Assembly (NCBI GenBank): GCA_050951545.1
Contig: JBMNJG010000005.1
Span: 256,001 to 320,000, forward strand
Origin: Limnochordia bacterium
Lineage (GTDB): Bacteria > Bacillota > Limnochordia > DTU080
Reading direction: 5' to 3'
DNA: 64,000 nucleotides
Position numbers and translations under genes: made by a program. The notes below the pieces were generated by a model. It had not been told where the DNA came from. It saw nothing but the letters and a program-made list of their open reading frames with translations, and did no database searches. This document shows, piece after piece, positions 9,918 to 19,579 of this stretch (position 1 is the first letter of the stretch; each line of letters begins with the position of its first letter).

Positions 9918-12344
9918 ATGAAGAACTTCTTTGCAGCAATGGTCGATGCGCCGCGTGCCTACGGCATGATTCCCTTCTGGTTCTGGAACGATGCTCTGGA
10001 TGAGCAGGAACTCTTGCGTCAGCTGCATGCCTTTCACGCTGGTGGACTGGCAGGTGTGATCATCCATGCGCGTGTCGGTCTGTCGCCAGATGTAGGATAC
10101 CTGAGCGACACATATTTCCATTTCGTACGTGTAGTGGTCGATGCCTGTGCTCAGCTAGGGATGAAGGTCATCCTCTACGATGAAGGCAGCTACCCTTCCG
10201 GATCAGCTTGCGGAGCTGTAGTGAAAACGAATCCGGCGTATGCAGCCCGGGGCCTTGCTCTGACCAAACGGGAAATCGAAGGGCCTTCGCGCATCTACTG
10301 GCGTCCCTCAGTAGGGCGCTCATTATTGGGCCGTCTACTGTGCGTAGTTCTGGCTCGCCGCACAGAGGAAGGGGTCGATCCTCACACTCTTCGCCTGCTC
10401 GACATCGAGACCAAGGGCCTAGTGCGCCTTGACGTTGACGAAGGTAGTTGGTTGGCCATGGCCGTTTTTGATGTCCCGAGCGGAGGGACCATTCGAGGGG
10501 TGCTGCCTGAACACGAGGACGGCAGTGCTACGGCACCTGCCGCTGGCGACATCCTGAATCCAGAGGCGGTGGCCACTTTTATTCGTTTGACCCATGACCA
10601 ATACGCCCGACATCTGGCTGAGCACTTGGGCTCTACAGTGATTGGAATGTTCACCGACGAGCCGAACCCCCTAGGCCGAGGGAGCCGTAGAGGCCTCCAT
10701 CCCTACACGCCCGGATTCGAGGAATGGCTGGCCGCTTCCATGGGCACGACAGATATTCGTCCCTGGCTGCCCGCTTTGTGGGTCGACTACGGCGCAGATA
10801 CCGCTGCCTTCCGCAGACACTACGCACGCGGCGTCGGTCAGCGTCTTCATGAGGTCTTCTATGAGGCGCAAGCGACCTGGTGCCAAGAGCATGGACTGGC
10901 TCTTACCGGGCATCCGAGTGCCAGCAATGACATGACCTCCTTGCGCAGCTTCCATTGGCCTGGTCAAGACGTCGTCTGGCGCTGGGTAGCGCCTCACGAT
11001 GACAGCAACCTGGTCGGCGCACACAGTGTCACTGCCAAGGCCGCTACCAGTGCTGCTCGAGCCAAGGGCGCCAAGCGAGTGGCCACGGAACTGCTGGGAG
11101 CCTTTGGTTGGCAGCTTTCCATTGATGAAGCGAAGTGGCTGATCGATTGGCATCTCGCGCGCGGAAATAACCTGTTTATCCCACACGCCTTCTTCTACTC
11201 TGTGCGTGAGGGACGCGCCTACGAAAGCGAACCCGACCTCGGAATACACAACGTCTGGTGGCCACACTTTCAGACGCTCACCGCCTACACCCGACGTATG
11301 TCATGGGTGATGAGCGATTGTGAACACCTGTGCCAGGTTGCCATCGCTGGCCCCGGTTATGATCTTCCGTGGCAAGCGGCTCGGGTACTGTATGAGAACC
11401 AGATTGATTTTCTCTATTTGAATGATGAGGCGCTTATTTCGGCCTCGATTACCGCTGAGGGTCTGCATGCTGGCACTCAGACCTACAAGTTGGTGATCAT
11501 CGAGGGTGAGATCGCGCCCGCGGCCCAGGAGAAGCTGCGGGAGTTTGTGCAGCTAGGAGGCCATGTTGTGTACGCAGACGCGGAGACTGATCTGCTGCTT
11601 CAGATCCGCTCAGTCTTGCCTCCCGATATCCTCATACAGCCAACGGCAGCCAATCTGCGAGTAATGCACGTACGCAAGGACGCATACCATCTATACGCAT
11701 TGTTCAACGAAGGCGAGGCTCCCATTGAGGGCACTCTCGAAGTGTCAGTAGTAGGCTCCGCTGAATGGTGGGATCCTCTGCGGCAGCACCGCTGCCCGGC
11801 CCACATCCGTGTCAACCACAGTGAGGGGCACATGCAGCTGCCTATCGCTCTCGAACGCCGGGAAAGCCGCCTGCTAGTCGTAGATCCCTCATCATCACCT
11901 GAACCGGAGTCCAAACCAGTCTCGTTATCTCAGACGAAGGTGCAAGACTTGCCCGCATCATCGTGGGCGGTCAGCGATGCCGAGGGAAGAGACGTAGAGG
12001 CACCAACGCTGGGTGATTGGACGTCGGTCAGGGAACTAGAGCGTTTCAGTGGTACGCTGGTCTACCGTACGACAGTCAACCTGCCACAGCACCCTGACCG
12101 TGTACAAATCGACCTCGGTAAAGTGGGGGAGACAGCCACGGTTACTGTCAACGGTACCATGGCCGGACAGAGCCTGTGGGCCGCCCATCGGATCGACACA
12201 CCAGGCTCCCTATGGCGAACGGGTGTCAATGAACTCCAAGTGGCAGTGACCAACTCGGCAGCCAATTTCTATGAAGGCGCTCTGCTTCCCTCAGGCTTGA
12301 TAGGGCCAGTGCGCCTGCATCTGTTTTTGTCGCAGGTGAGATGA
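9918..12344 (+). CDS. Glycosyl hydrolase, GH106 (alpha-L-rhamnosidase)-like
   Basis: PFWFWND, IHARVGL...YLS, ILYDEGSYPSG, GMFTDEP, LTGH, TELLGAFGW, GNNLFIPHAFFYS; C-terminal IDLGKV...GVNELQVAVTN...SGLIGPV sandwich; GAGAGG RBS. Confidence 0.75.
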   Translation: MKNFFAAMVDAPRAYGMIPFWFWNDALDEQELLRQLHAFHAGGLAGVIIHARVGLSPDVGYLSDTYFHFVRVVVDACAQLGMKVILYDEGSYPSGSACGAVVKTNPAYAARGLALTKREIEGPSRIYWRPSVGRSLLGRLLCVVLARRTEEGVDPHTLRLLDIETKGLVRLDVDEGSWLAMAVFDVPSGGTIRGVLPEHEDGSATAPAAGDILNPEAVATFIRLTHDQYARHLAEHLGSTVIGMFTDEPNPLGRGSRRGLHPYTPGFEEWLAASMGTTDIRPWLPALWVDYGADTAAFRRHYARGVGQRLHEVFYEAQATWCQEHGLALTGHPSASNDMTSLRSFHWPGQDVVWRWVAPHDDSNLVGAHSVTAKAATSAARAKGAKRVATELLGAFGWQLSIDEAKWLIDWHLARGNNLFIPHAFFYSVREGRAYESEPDLGIHNVWWPHFQTLTAYTRRMSWVMSDCEHLCQVAIAGPGYDLPWQAARVLYENQIDFLYLNDEALISASITAEGLHAGTQTYKLVIIEGEIAPAAQEKLREFVQLGGHVVYADAETDLLLQIRSVLPPDILIQPTAANLRVMHVRKDAYHLYALFNEGEAPIEGTLEVSVVGSAEWWDPLRQHRCPAHIRVNHSEGHMQLPIALERRESRLLVVDPSSSPEPESKPVSLSQTKVQDLPASSWAVSDAEGRDVEAPTLGDWTSVRELERFSGTLVYRTTVNLPQHPDRVQIDLGKVGETATVTVNGTMAGQSLWAAHRIDTPGSLWRTGVNELQVAVTNSAANFYEGALLPSGLIGPVRLHLFLSQVR

Positions 12345-12348
12345 GCCC

Positions 12349-13185
12349 GTGAGAAAAGAGTTTCTGATCGGTTGCTCCACTGCATTGTTGGTTATGGTGC
12401 TATCGGCGACACTCGTCGTGGGCTTCCTATGGCATCAACAGACTCTGCAGGTTGTGCGGGTACACGTGCCAGTCGACGCACTACCATCCGCTTGGCACGG
12501 CACCCGCATTGGGCTGATATCGGATCTTCACATCGGTGCCCACATGAGTGCTGCCCGAGTAAAGCAGGTTGTTCGGCGCCTTAATGCCCAGAAACCTGAT
12601 CTAGTCATGATCGCTGGGGACACCGTGGATGCCAAGGTGACCCAGTCAGCCGAGGCAGCACCAGCGCTACGGGCCTTGCACGCCCTGGAAGCACCACACG
12701 GTGTGTACCACATCCTCGGCAACCACGATACACGCCGCGCTAAACTATGGCGTCCGCTACTGCAGGAGGGGGGCATACGAGTTCTCGAGAACGAGCATGT
12801 GCGACTGCAAAAGGCTGGCGACACTCTGTATCTAGTAGGGCTAGCTGATGCTTTGAACGGTCGCCTCGACGCTGACCGGGCCTGGCATAGCATACCGAAA
12901 GAGGCTTGCGTGATCGCCGCTGTGCACGAACCCGATGCCGCCGATGACCTGGTAGGGCGCCCTCTCGCCTTGCAGCTCTCCGGGCACAGCCACGGCGGTC
13001 AGATTGTCCTCCCCTTCAGCAGACCACGTTCGCTGCCCCCACTGGGCCGAAAGTACCCCTCGGGGCTTTATACAACCGAGGCAGGTCACCTAGTCTATAC
13101 AACCCGTGGTGTTGGCACCTCTCAGATCCCTTTCCGTCTCTTTGCCCGCCCAGAGATAACGATTATCACCCTGCAAAGGGAGTAG
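12349..13185 (+). CDS. Metallophosphoesterase (YkuE-like, N-terminal membrane anchor)
   Basis: ISDLH, IAGDTVD, LGNHD, HEPD, LSGHSHGGQ, TTRGVG...PFRLFARPEI. Confidence 0.9.
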   Translation: MRKEFLIGCSTALLVMVLSATLVVGFLWHQQTLQVVRVHVPVDALPSAWHGTRIGLISDLHIGAHMSAARVKQVVRRLNAQKPDLVMIAGDTVDAKVTQSAEAAPALRALHALEAPHGVYHILGNHDTRRAKLWRPLLQEGGIRVLENEHVRLQKAGDTLYLVGLADALNGRLDADRAWHSIPKEACVIAAVHEPDAADDLVGRPLALQLSGHSHGGQIVLPFSRPRSLPPLGRKYPSGLYTTEAGHLVYTTRGVGTSQIPFRLFARPEITIITLQRE

Positions 13186-13204
13186 GCCCCCTTACAGACA
13201 CCCT

Positions 13205-14056
13205 CTACGCTTGAATATCATAGCAGGCCACCCAACGCCGCTCCAAATGACAGCGTATGCGCAGCTGCAGGGCACCCGTGGGCCGAAACTCCAAAAAGGC
13301 CGAGTGACTACCCGGGCTACGTAGCGACTCTAGTGCTGAAATGTTGTACTGCATGATGTCATGGCCAGCCACACAGTGCTGGCGTTCCCACGGACAGGCC
13401 TTGTTCCATACTAGGTCACCTATGTGCGCGTGCCCATAAAGGTGGCAGCGCACGGTATCAGGAAGGGGCAGTAGCTGTTCGAGCACTGAGCTTGGACGTT
13501 GACCCCCCGGAAAAGCATAATGACAGACAGAAATCACAGGTAGGCTCGAGGCGGCCATCTCACGGCGCACAGCCTGCCAGAGTTCCTGCCTGTTAGGGTA
13601 CCCTTCGGGCCACTGTTCGGGTCGCTTGTGATGCGTGGCGATCCATTCACCTGAGGGATCGGCCTGGTCACTAAAGAAGAAGACCTGATGGCCACACCAC
13701 GGTTCACTGAAATAGAAATCGCGCGGACTGCTTGTCGTCACCCAACCTGCCCTGTCCCTAACTTGCTCATGAAACGGGAACCTGCCTTCGCCACGGATGC
13801 GGCAATAGTCTTTCTCGTGATTGCCCATTACGTAACGCATCGGCACACCCAGTTGCTCATACAGTCCGACAACGGCCTTGGCTGTCTCTTCCAGGGCTGG
13901 CAGCTTCGACCCCACTAGCACATCGCCCAAACACCAGGCACCTACGAGCGGCAGGTTCAGTTGCTGCACATCGTCGATCGCCTGCATCAGTACCGAACGT
14001 GCCACCTCAGGGTCCTCGAGTTGTAGGTCAGAACTAATCCACACATAACTCAACAA
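13205..14056 (-). CDS. Calcineurin-like metallophosphoesterase
   Basis: SSDLQ, LGDV, MGNHE, CHY, YGHAH motifs. Confidence 0.75.
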   Translation of the reverse strand: MLSYVWISSDLQLEDPEVARSVLMQAIDDVQQLNLPLVGAWCLGDVLVGSKLPALEETAKAVVGLYEQLGVPMRYVMGNHEKDYCRIRGEGRFPFHEQVRDRAGWVTTSSPRDFYFSEPWCGHQVFFFSDQADPSGEWIATHHKRPEQWPEGYPNRQELWQAVRREMAASSLPVISVCHYAFPGGQRPSSVLEQLLPLPDTVRCHLYGHAHIGDLVWNKACPWERQHCVAGHDIMQYNISALESLRSPGSHSAFLEFRPTGALQLRIRCHLERRWVACYDIQA

Positions 14057-14162
14057 GTACGCCCCGCTTCCCGTTCACAGATCTGCCTCACCCTGTTCTA
14101 CGGGCGGTCATTTCGCACCTGCTTGCCTCCACTGCGCGCACAATGTCGTTCAGCATTGCACT

Positions 14163-15110
14163 TCAGGGTTTCAGCTGAGTGTAGGATTCGAAATGATGAA
14201 TGGCAAAGCCAGCGAACGAGGGATACTGAACCAGCTCTTCGGCCGCTTTGGCCAACTCCTCTTCCATTAAGGCGCGGCCTTCCTGGAAAAAGGTGGTGGA
14301 AGGCGGATCGCCCTTGACGTCCTGGGTGTTCACCCCAACGTAGACGATCTTGCCCAGGCGGTCGGCCACTTCGATCTCGCCTAGCGCGTCGCGGATGACA
14401 CGTGCAGCGCTGTCTCGATAATCCATCAAAGCTACATAGTCTGAGGCCGCCTGCAACGGTTCGTTGATGAACTGGTACTTCTCCTTATCCAACCAGATCG
14501 GTATCGCCAGACCAAACACCAGCTGGAGATGAGCACGATCATCAAGGAAATGGCGCACCCTCTGGGTCATCCCGATCCAGCCCTCAAACAATTCAGGCGA
14601 GGGCCACTCAGCCAACAGATATGGCTCCACATCCAGCTGCAAACCGTCAAAGATCCCAGATGGCAGCCCCTCGACGACAGCGCTCGTCTGCCATCTGGCG
14701 AGGTCATCGAGAAGCTGGTCAACTGAACGATAACCCTCTGGAGTAGCCCATTTCTTGTCGCCAGCCAAAAGGTCAACCACGAGGCCCCGTTCGTGGGCCT
14801 GCACAAGAAACGATCGCAGCGCTGCCCGCTCACTAGCTGGTGTCTCGACGCGTATGGCCCATGTCGCAGCCAAGAAAACCCTTGTCAGAGGTGGGTTTCT
14901 GGCCGCAAACGCAAAGAACGCCTCTCTCGCCTGTGCATCAAGAACAATGCTCCTAGTCGCTTTCCATATCCAAACCGCCCGCCCCGGGTACATCCGCCCC
15001 ATCTCGCCGGATGACGCACTCTGAGCCAAGGCCACATGAGTACAAGCGATCAGCAAAGCCAGCATGATGGCGCTGACTTGTCCCAAGCAACGCCCCATCA
15101 CCACCCGCAT
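14163..15110 (-). CDS. Secreted TIM-barrel protein, GH18-like fold, function unknown
   Basis: Signal peptide (VALA/Q); RAVWIW; FDGLQLDVEPY resembles the GH18 DxxDxDxE motif; VALMDYRD; GFAIHHF. Confidence 0.55.
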   Translation of the reverse strand: MRVVMGRCLGQVSAIMLALLIACTHVALAQSASSGEMGRMYPGRAVWIWKATRSIVLDAQAREAFFAFAARNPPLTRVFLAATWAIRVETPASERAALRSFLVQAHERGLVVDLLAGDKKWATPEGYRSVDQLLDDLARWQTSAVVEGLPSGIFDGLQLDVEPYLLAEWPSPELFEGWIGMTQRVRHFLDDRAHLQLVFGLAIPIWLDKEKYQFINEPLQAASDYVALMDYRDSAARVIRDALGEIEVADRLGKIVYVGVNTQDVKGDPPSTTFFQEGRALMEEELAKAAEELVQYPSFAGFAIHHFESYTQLKP

Positions 15111-15128
15111 CGATCACACCTCTTTCGC

Positions 15129-15159
15129 AGGCAGGTACAGACAGAGTCTGTACCTGCCT
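15129..15159. terminator. Stem-loop downstream of SBP gene
   Basis: AGGCAGGTACAGAC-AGA-GTCTGTACCTGCCT, 14-bp perfect stem. Confidence 0.6.
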
Positions 15160-15169
15160 CGTATACCGC

Positions 15170-16477
15170 TTACCTTGCCAAGAGCTGAGCAGCCTTCGTG
15201 TTCATCTGCTCAAGGAAGGTCTCCAAGGGTGTTTTCTTGCTAATGACGTTGGCGAACCCGGCTTTCCACGCGCTGGCTGTCTCCAGAACGCCTGGGCCAG
15301 CTGGGTTCGGGACGTTGCCCGACTCCAGAGTCGACTGCAGAGCTATGTGGACCATCTGACGCTCCACGCCAGTGAATCCCAGTCTCTCCAGCCAGACCCC
15401 CTGGAGTTTGCGCGAAGCAGGAATCCACCCATGCACATTCGCATACTCCAAGGCGCGTTGTCGGTTAAGATGGACAAACGCCAGCCACTCCCACGCCGCA
15501 TCAATATGCTGTGAGTCTTTCATGATCTGCCAGCCGCGCACCTCGGCCACTGTATAGCGATTGCCTGCAGGACCAGTAGGCCAAGGAGATACACGGAAGT
15601 CTATCGGCGAGCCTCCTAGACGGATTCTGGCTAACTCCACGGAGAAAGGAAAGATGCCAATCCAGCAGAAACCAGCCTTCCCGTTGATGAAATTGTTGTA
15701 CTTCGTAGTTCCGAGGTTCGTATCAAGGAGATCCGCAGCGAACTGCGCCCCGGCGATCACCGATTTTCGCATAAAGTTAGCAGTTGTAGGTGCATAGTGC
15801 GTGTCATAAGGGAGGCCTCCAGCCTGTTGCATGAAGGTGAACGTACGGTTGATGTCGTTGCGGCCCATGTTCCCCCAGATGTCGATGCTGCCATCCGCAT
15901 TGGTGTCCCGGGCTATCTTACGCACCATGCTCATCATCTCATCCCAGTTCCAGAGCACCCCCATATCGGAGGGATCAGCGGCACCGGCCTGGAAGAGAAG
16001 GTCGCCATTGAAGGCCAGAATATTGGCTCCCATCAGGGCGGGTAGGGCAAAAACCGTCCCGTCACTCCACGTGCTGGATGCCAGAGCCACCGGAGCAATG
16101 TCCATCTCCTGGTAGCGGGAATCTTTGGCCATGTAGGGGCGCAGGTCAAGAAACTGCTTGCCCTCAGCCATGGTGGAAGCGATGGCAGGGTAGAACTCGG
16201 TAACGTCGGGCGGTGCCCCACCAGCTAGCATGACTTTGACCTTCTCCTCGTATTCGGGGCCCTCTGGTCCAGTCGTAATATCTACGCTGATATGTGGATT
16301 CTCAGTGTGAAACTCCTCCGCCAGCTTCTGTAGGATCTCTAGTTGGTTCGCACGAGCATTAAACTTGTAGTGATGCAATGTGATCGCCTTCTGCTCAGCA
16401 GCATGTGCGCCGGCCATACATGCCAAACACAAGACCCAGATCGTTACTAACACTGGTAGGCATCGTCTCATTTGCAT
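15170..16477 (-). CDS. ABC transporter sugar-binding protein (SBP family 1)
   Basis: GAGGAGG RBS before ATG 16477; signal peptide AHA/AE; MLAGGAPPDV, WNWDE, PTGPAG, AAWEWLAF. Confidence 0.87.
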   Translation of the reverse strand: MQMRRCLPVLVTIWVLCLACMAGAHAAEQKAITLHHYKFNARANQLEILQKLAEEFHTENPHISVDITTGPEGPEYEEKVKVMLAGGAPPDVTEFYPAIASTMAEGKQFLDLRPYMAKDSRYQEMDIAPVALASSTWSDGTVFALPALMGANILAFNGDLLFQAGAADPSDMGVLWNWDEMMSMVRKIARDTNADGSIDIWGNMGRNDINRTFTFMQQAGGLPYDTHYAPTTANFMRKSVIAGAQFAADLLDTNLGTTKYNNFINGKAGFCWIGIFPFSVELARIRLGGSPIDFRVSPWPTGPAGNRYTVAEVRGWQIMKDSQHIDAAWEWLAFVHLNRQRALEYANVHGWIPASRKLQGVWLERLGFTGVERQMVHIALQSTLESGNVPNPAGPGVLETASAWKAGFANVISKKTPLETFLEQMNTKAAQLLAR

Positions 16478-16558
16478 TGCCGTCCTCCTCGCTGAAAAAT
16501 CCCTCTGTGCTACATAGTGACACAAGCGACCCTTACGGCACTGCCCTATCCGGCGGCA

Positions 16559-17653
16559 TCAGCGAGGCGTGTGTCCTGATGACGCCCTGAGCACGACTGA
16601 ACACGGCAGTCTGATCACAGTGCTGGGCATGTCCGCCGTGACCTCCACTGTTGGAGGGGGTCCTCCTCTCCTTCGCTCTTTTCCGCGCTCCCACATAAGC
16701 TGAACCAGAAGCTGCGCAGCCTGAGAGCCAGCCTCTGCCATAGGCTGATCTATGCTAGTCAACGCAGGGCTCACATAGCGACTGGCCGAGATGTTGTCAT
16801 GCCCCACGACGGCCACGTCATCAGGTACCACCAAACCTCTCGCGCGACAGGCCCGCAAAGCCCCAATCGCCAGGTAGTCATTGCAGCAGACAATCGCCGT
16901 CGGGTGCTCATCCAGGTCTAGCAGCTCCAGGCAGCGGCGATAGCCCACCTCCTCACCGATCTCTTCGCCAAAAGCTCCGGTGCGAAGCAATTGTGCATCC
17001 ATGGCCACCCCAAGGCACTGATGAGCCTTCTGAAAGCCCGTTAGTCTGTCGCGGGATGCTCGAATCACTCCTGGTCCCTCTATAGGCAAGTGGATACAGG
17101 CTATGCGCCTATGCCCCATCTCCAGCAGTTGCTGAGTGATGTCATAGGTACCGCTCACGTTGTCAATAAGCACTGAGGGAACCCGCACATCTGAGGATAA
17201 ACGGTTCACCAGAACCACTGGTATGTCGTACCTAAACAGCCGGTCTACGGGTAGCTGTTCGTTACATCGCGAAGAGAGGACGTAGACAACCCCGTCTACC
17301 CGTTTGGCTGCCAGCACCTCTGTGCTGCGCAGAAGGCGTTCAGGGTCGCTGTCGGTATTGCAGAGAATCACGTTGTAGCCAAACCTCATGGCCGCCCCTT
17401 CGACACCCTTGATGGCAGACGAGAAGGGTGCTCTTACCACGTCGGCTACCACCAAGCCAATCGTCCAGGTGGCCTGAGCTGCCAGACTACGAGCTATACT
17501 GTTTGGAGTGTAGTCCAGTGCTTGAGCAGCGGCCATGACACGCTTACGCGTGGCCTCAGAGATGCGAGAGTCCTTGCCGCTAAGCACATATGATACGGTT
17601 GCCGCCGATACTCCCGCTTTGCGTGCAACATCGCGCATGGTAACACCGCCCAA
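16559..17653 (-). CDS. LacI family transcriptional regulator
   Basis: VTMRDVARKAGVSAATVSYVL HTH, YTPNSIARSL hinge, PTAIVCCND, VPDDVAVVGHD, PALTSIDQP; GGAGGTGA RBS before TTG. Confidence 0.95.
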   Translation of the reverse strand: MGGVTMRDVARKAGVSAATVSYVLSGKDSRISEATRKRVMAAAQALDYTPNSIARSLAAQATWTIGLVVADVVRAPFSSAIKGVEGAAMRFGYNVILCNTDSDPERLLRSTEVLAAKRVDGVVYVLSSRCNEQLPVDRLFRYDIPVVLVNRLSSDVRVPSVLIDNVSGTYDITQQLLEMGHRRIACIHLPIEGPGVIRASRDRLTGFQKAHQCLGVAMDAQLLRTGAFGEEIGEEVGYRRCLELLDLDEHPTAIVCCNDYLAIGALRACRARGLVVPDDVAVVGHDNISASRYVSPALTSIDQPMAEAGSQAAQLLVQLMWERGKERRRGGPPPTVEVTADMPSTVIRLPCSVVLRASSGHTPR

Positions 17654-17671
17654 TCCATCACCTCCCTCTGC

Positions 17672-17683
17672 TTAAGCGCTTAA
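17672..17683. promoter_or_regulatory. LacI-type operator (probable autoregulation)
   Basis: Perfect palindrome TTAAGCGCTTAA with the central AGCGCT typical of LacI-family sites, between a SigH-like promoter (17696-17720) and the RBS of the lacI gene. Confidence 0.7.
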
Positions 17684-17731
17684 CCTAGTATGGTCCTTCG
17701 CTACTGACTCAGAGACTCCTTCTTCGCGTAA

Positions 17732-18889
17732 TCGACACGTAGTGCGTTTTGGGGAGCACAGTCGGAGTATAATGACATCTGGGTGCCCATCAAGAGTGAT
17801 TTCGAGGCTGCCCACTCAGACATCCAAATCGATCTCATGCACGTCCCAAGCAGCATGCAAGAAAAGATGATCAGTATGGCCCTGGGCGGTCAGATCGTTG
17901 ATGTATGGATGAGCAATGCCGATACCGCCCTGACCTACTATACGGCTGGTATGACCAACGATCTGAAGCCCTTCATAGAGAAAGACAGGACGTTCAACGC
18001 CGACCGTTTCTTCCCAGCCGCCTTAACGGCCTACGCTCGTGGTGGCGTGCAGTACGGCCTGTCCAGTCATTTTCAGGTGACAAGCACCTGGTACAACAAA
18101 GAGCTGTTTGACCACGCTGGTCTCTCACACCCTGCTGACAATTCAACATGGGCCCGCTTCCGAGATGACGCCAAGAAGCTTACGCAAGACCGCAACAACG
18201 ACGGACGCACGGACCAATGGGGCGTAGTGATACCCTTAGGTGCCGAATCCCTATCGCCCTGGATATTCTCTGCAGGAGGCAACTGGGTCGATAACGCTGC
18301 TAATCCTACCCGATCTGCAGTCAGCGACCTTGCGACCATGAAGGGTTTGCAGTTCATACAGGAGCTAGTCACCCGAGATGCAGTAGTGGAACCGGGCTAC
18401 GGCAATGCCACGCCGTTTTTCGAGGGCCGCGTGGCGATGTACTCCTACTATGCGGTGGCCCAGCGGATGGCTAGCTACGCCACGTTTGACTACAACGTGG
18501 CTCGACTGCCGGCCGGACCAGCCGGGGCCATCAATGCAGTAGTACCCGGCGGTCTAGTCATGGGCAAGACCAAGCATCCACAGGAATCTTGGGAGTTCAT
18601 GAAGTTCTTCTGCCAGAAAGGGGCCTTTAGCTACAACACTGTGCCAGCCTATCTGCCTATGGCCCGCAGCAATCGCTGGCCCTTTGTGCCTGTACCTAAT
18701 GACTACAACCGAGCAGCCTTTGTGGAGGGAGCTCTTTCAGCCCATCCGCAGACCATCAAGTCCACGAAAGTGGCAGAGATCCTTAGGGCCATCAACCAAG
18801 TGGTGGTGCCAGCCCTGCGCGGACAAGAGTCCCTGAGCACAGCCGTAGCCCGCGTGGACCCGCGGATCAATGCCATCCTCAACGATTAG
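17732..18889 (+). pseudogene. SBP family 1 gene lacking its 5' end (no signal peptide)
   Basis: The frame extends upstream of GTG 17783 as ...AFWGAQSEYNDIWVPIKSDFE (mature SBP N-terminus) but hits TAA at 17729-17731 with no start or signal peptide; the body has TWYNKELFDHAGL, PAGPAG, SWEFMKF. Confidence 0.7.
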
Positions 18890-18952
18890 GCTAGGCTCAC
18901 GGACACTTCCTCTCGTCAGCCGAACCCCTAGAATTGCGCCTACGCCAATTCC

Positions 18953-18981
18953 CGAGTGCCCTACTCTGTGTGGGGCACTCG
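18953..18981. terminator. Stem-loop after SBP gene
   Basis: CGAGTGCCCTAC...GTGGGGCACTCG inverted repeat. Confidence 0.55.
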
Positions 18982-19026
18982 TCAGTTAGGGGTTATCTGG
19001 CTGCGCAAACATTTCCTCCGCAGCTA

Positions 19027-19055
19027 TTGACAGGTACCCCACCAGCATCTAGAAT
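19027..19055 (+). promoter_or_regulatory. Sigma-A/70 promoter of the marR-ABC operon
   Basis: TTGACA-17 bp-TAGAAT, near consensus. Confidence 0.85.
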
Positions 19056-19060
19056 AATCG

Positions 19061-19072
19061 TTAGCTGGCTAA
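19061..19072. promoter_or_regulatory. Probable MarR operator
   Basis: TTAGC-TG-GCTAA inverted repeat overlapping the predicted transcription start. Confidence 0.6.
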
Positions 19073-19093
19073 TCAATTTGGTGGGGGACTCTT

Positions 19094-19528
19094 ATGGCCC
19101 GCGATGACGCACTAGGGTTTCTGATAGGAAGGGCATTGCGCCTTCACCATCAGCGTAGTCATGAGCTGATGGCTGACACGGACCTTCATCCAGGGCAGAT
19201 GCCGATCATGTTTGCCCTCTGGCGCCGAGATGGGCAAGCACAAAAAGACCTCGCTCATAGGCTCAACCTTTCCCCCGCCACGGTCACCGTGACAGTGAAC
19301 AGACTGGAAAAGGCAGGGATCTTGGAGCGCAGCAAAGACCCAGAAGATCAGCGCATCTCTAGAGTCTATCTGACCGAGCGCGGCCGCGACCTGCACGATA
19401 CTGTCGTGGCTTGTTTGCGCGCTACCGATGCAGAGTCTCTAGCAGGCTTCACACCAGAAGAGACGGCTGAACTGAAAGAGTATCTGTCGCGAGTAAGCGA
19501 CAATCTGAAGCGAGCCTCGCATCGCTAG
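19094..19528 (+). CDS. MarR family transcriptional regulator
   Basis: QKDLAHRLNLSPATVTVTVNRLEKAGILERSKDPEDQRISRVYLTERG. Confidence 0.95.
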   Translation: MARDDALGFLIGRALRLHHQRSHELMADTDLHPGQMPIMFALWRRDGQAQKDLAHRLNLSPATVTVTVNRLEKAGILERSKDPEDQRISRVYLTERGRDLHDTVVACLRATDAESLAGFTPEETAELKEYLSRVSDNLKRASHR

Positions 19529-19579
19529 ATGCCACGGCCGGATATCAACGTTGATGATGCTGGGAGTGAATAGAAAACT

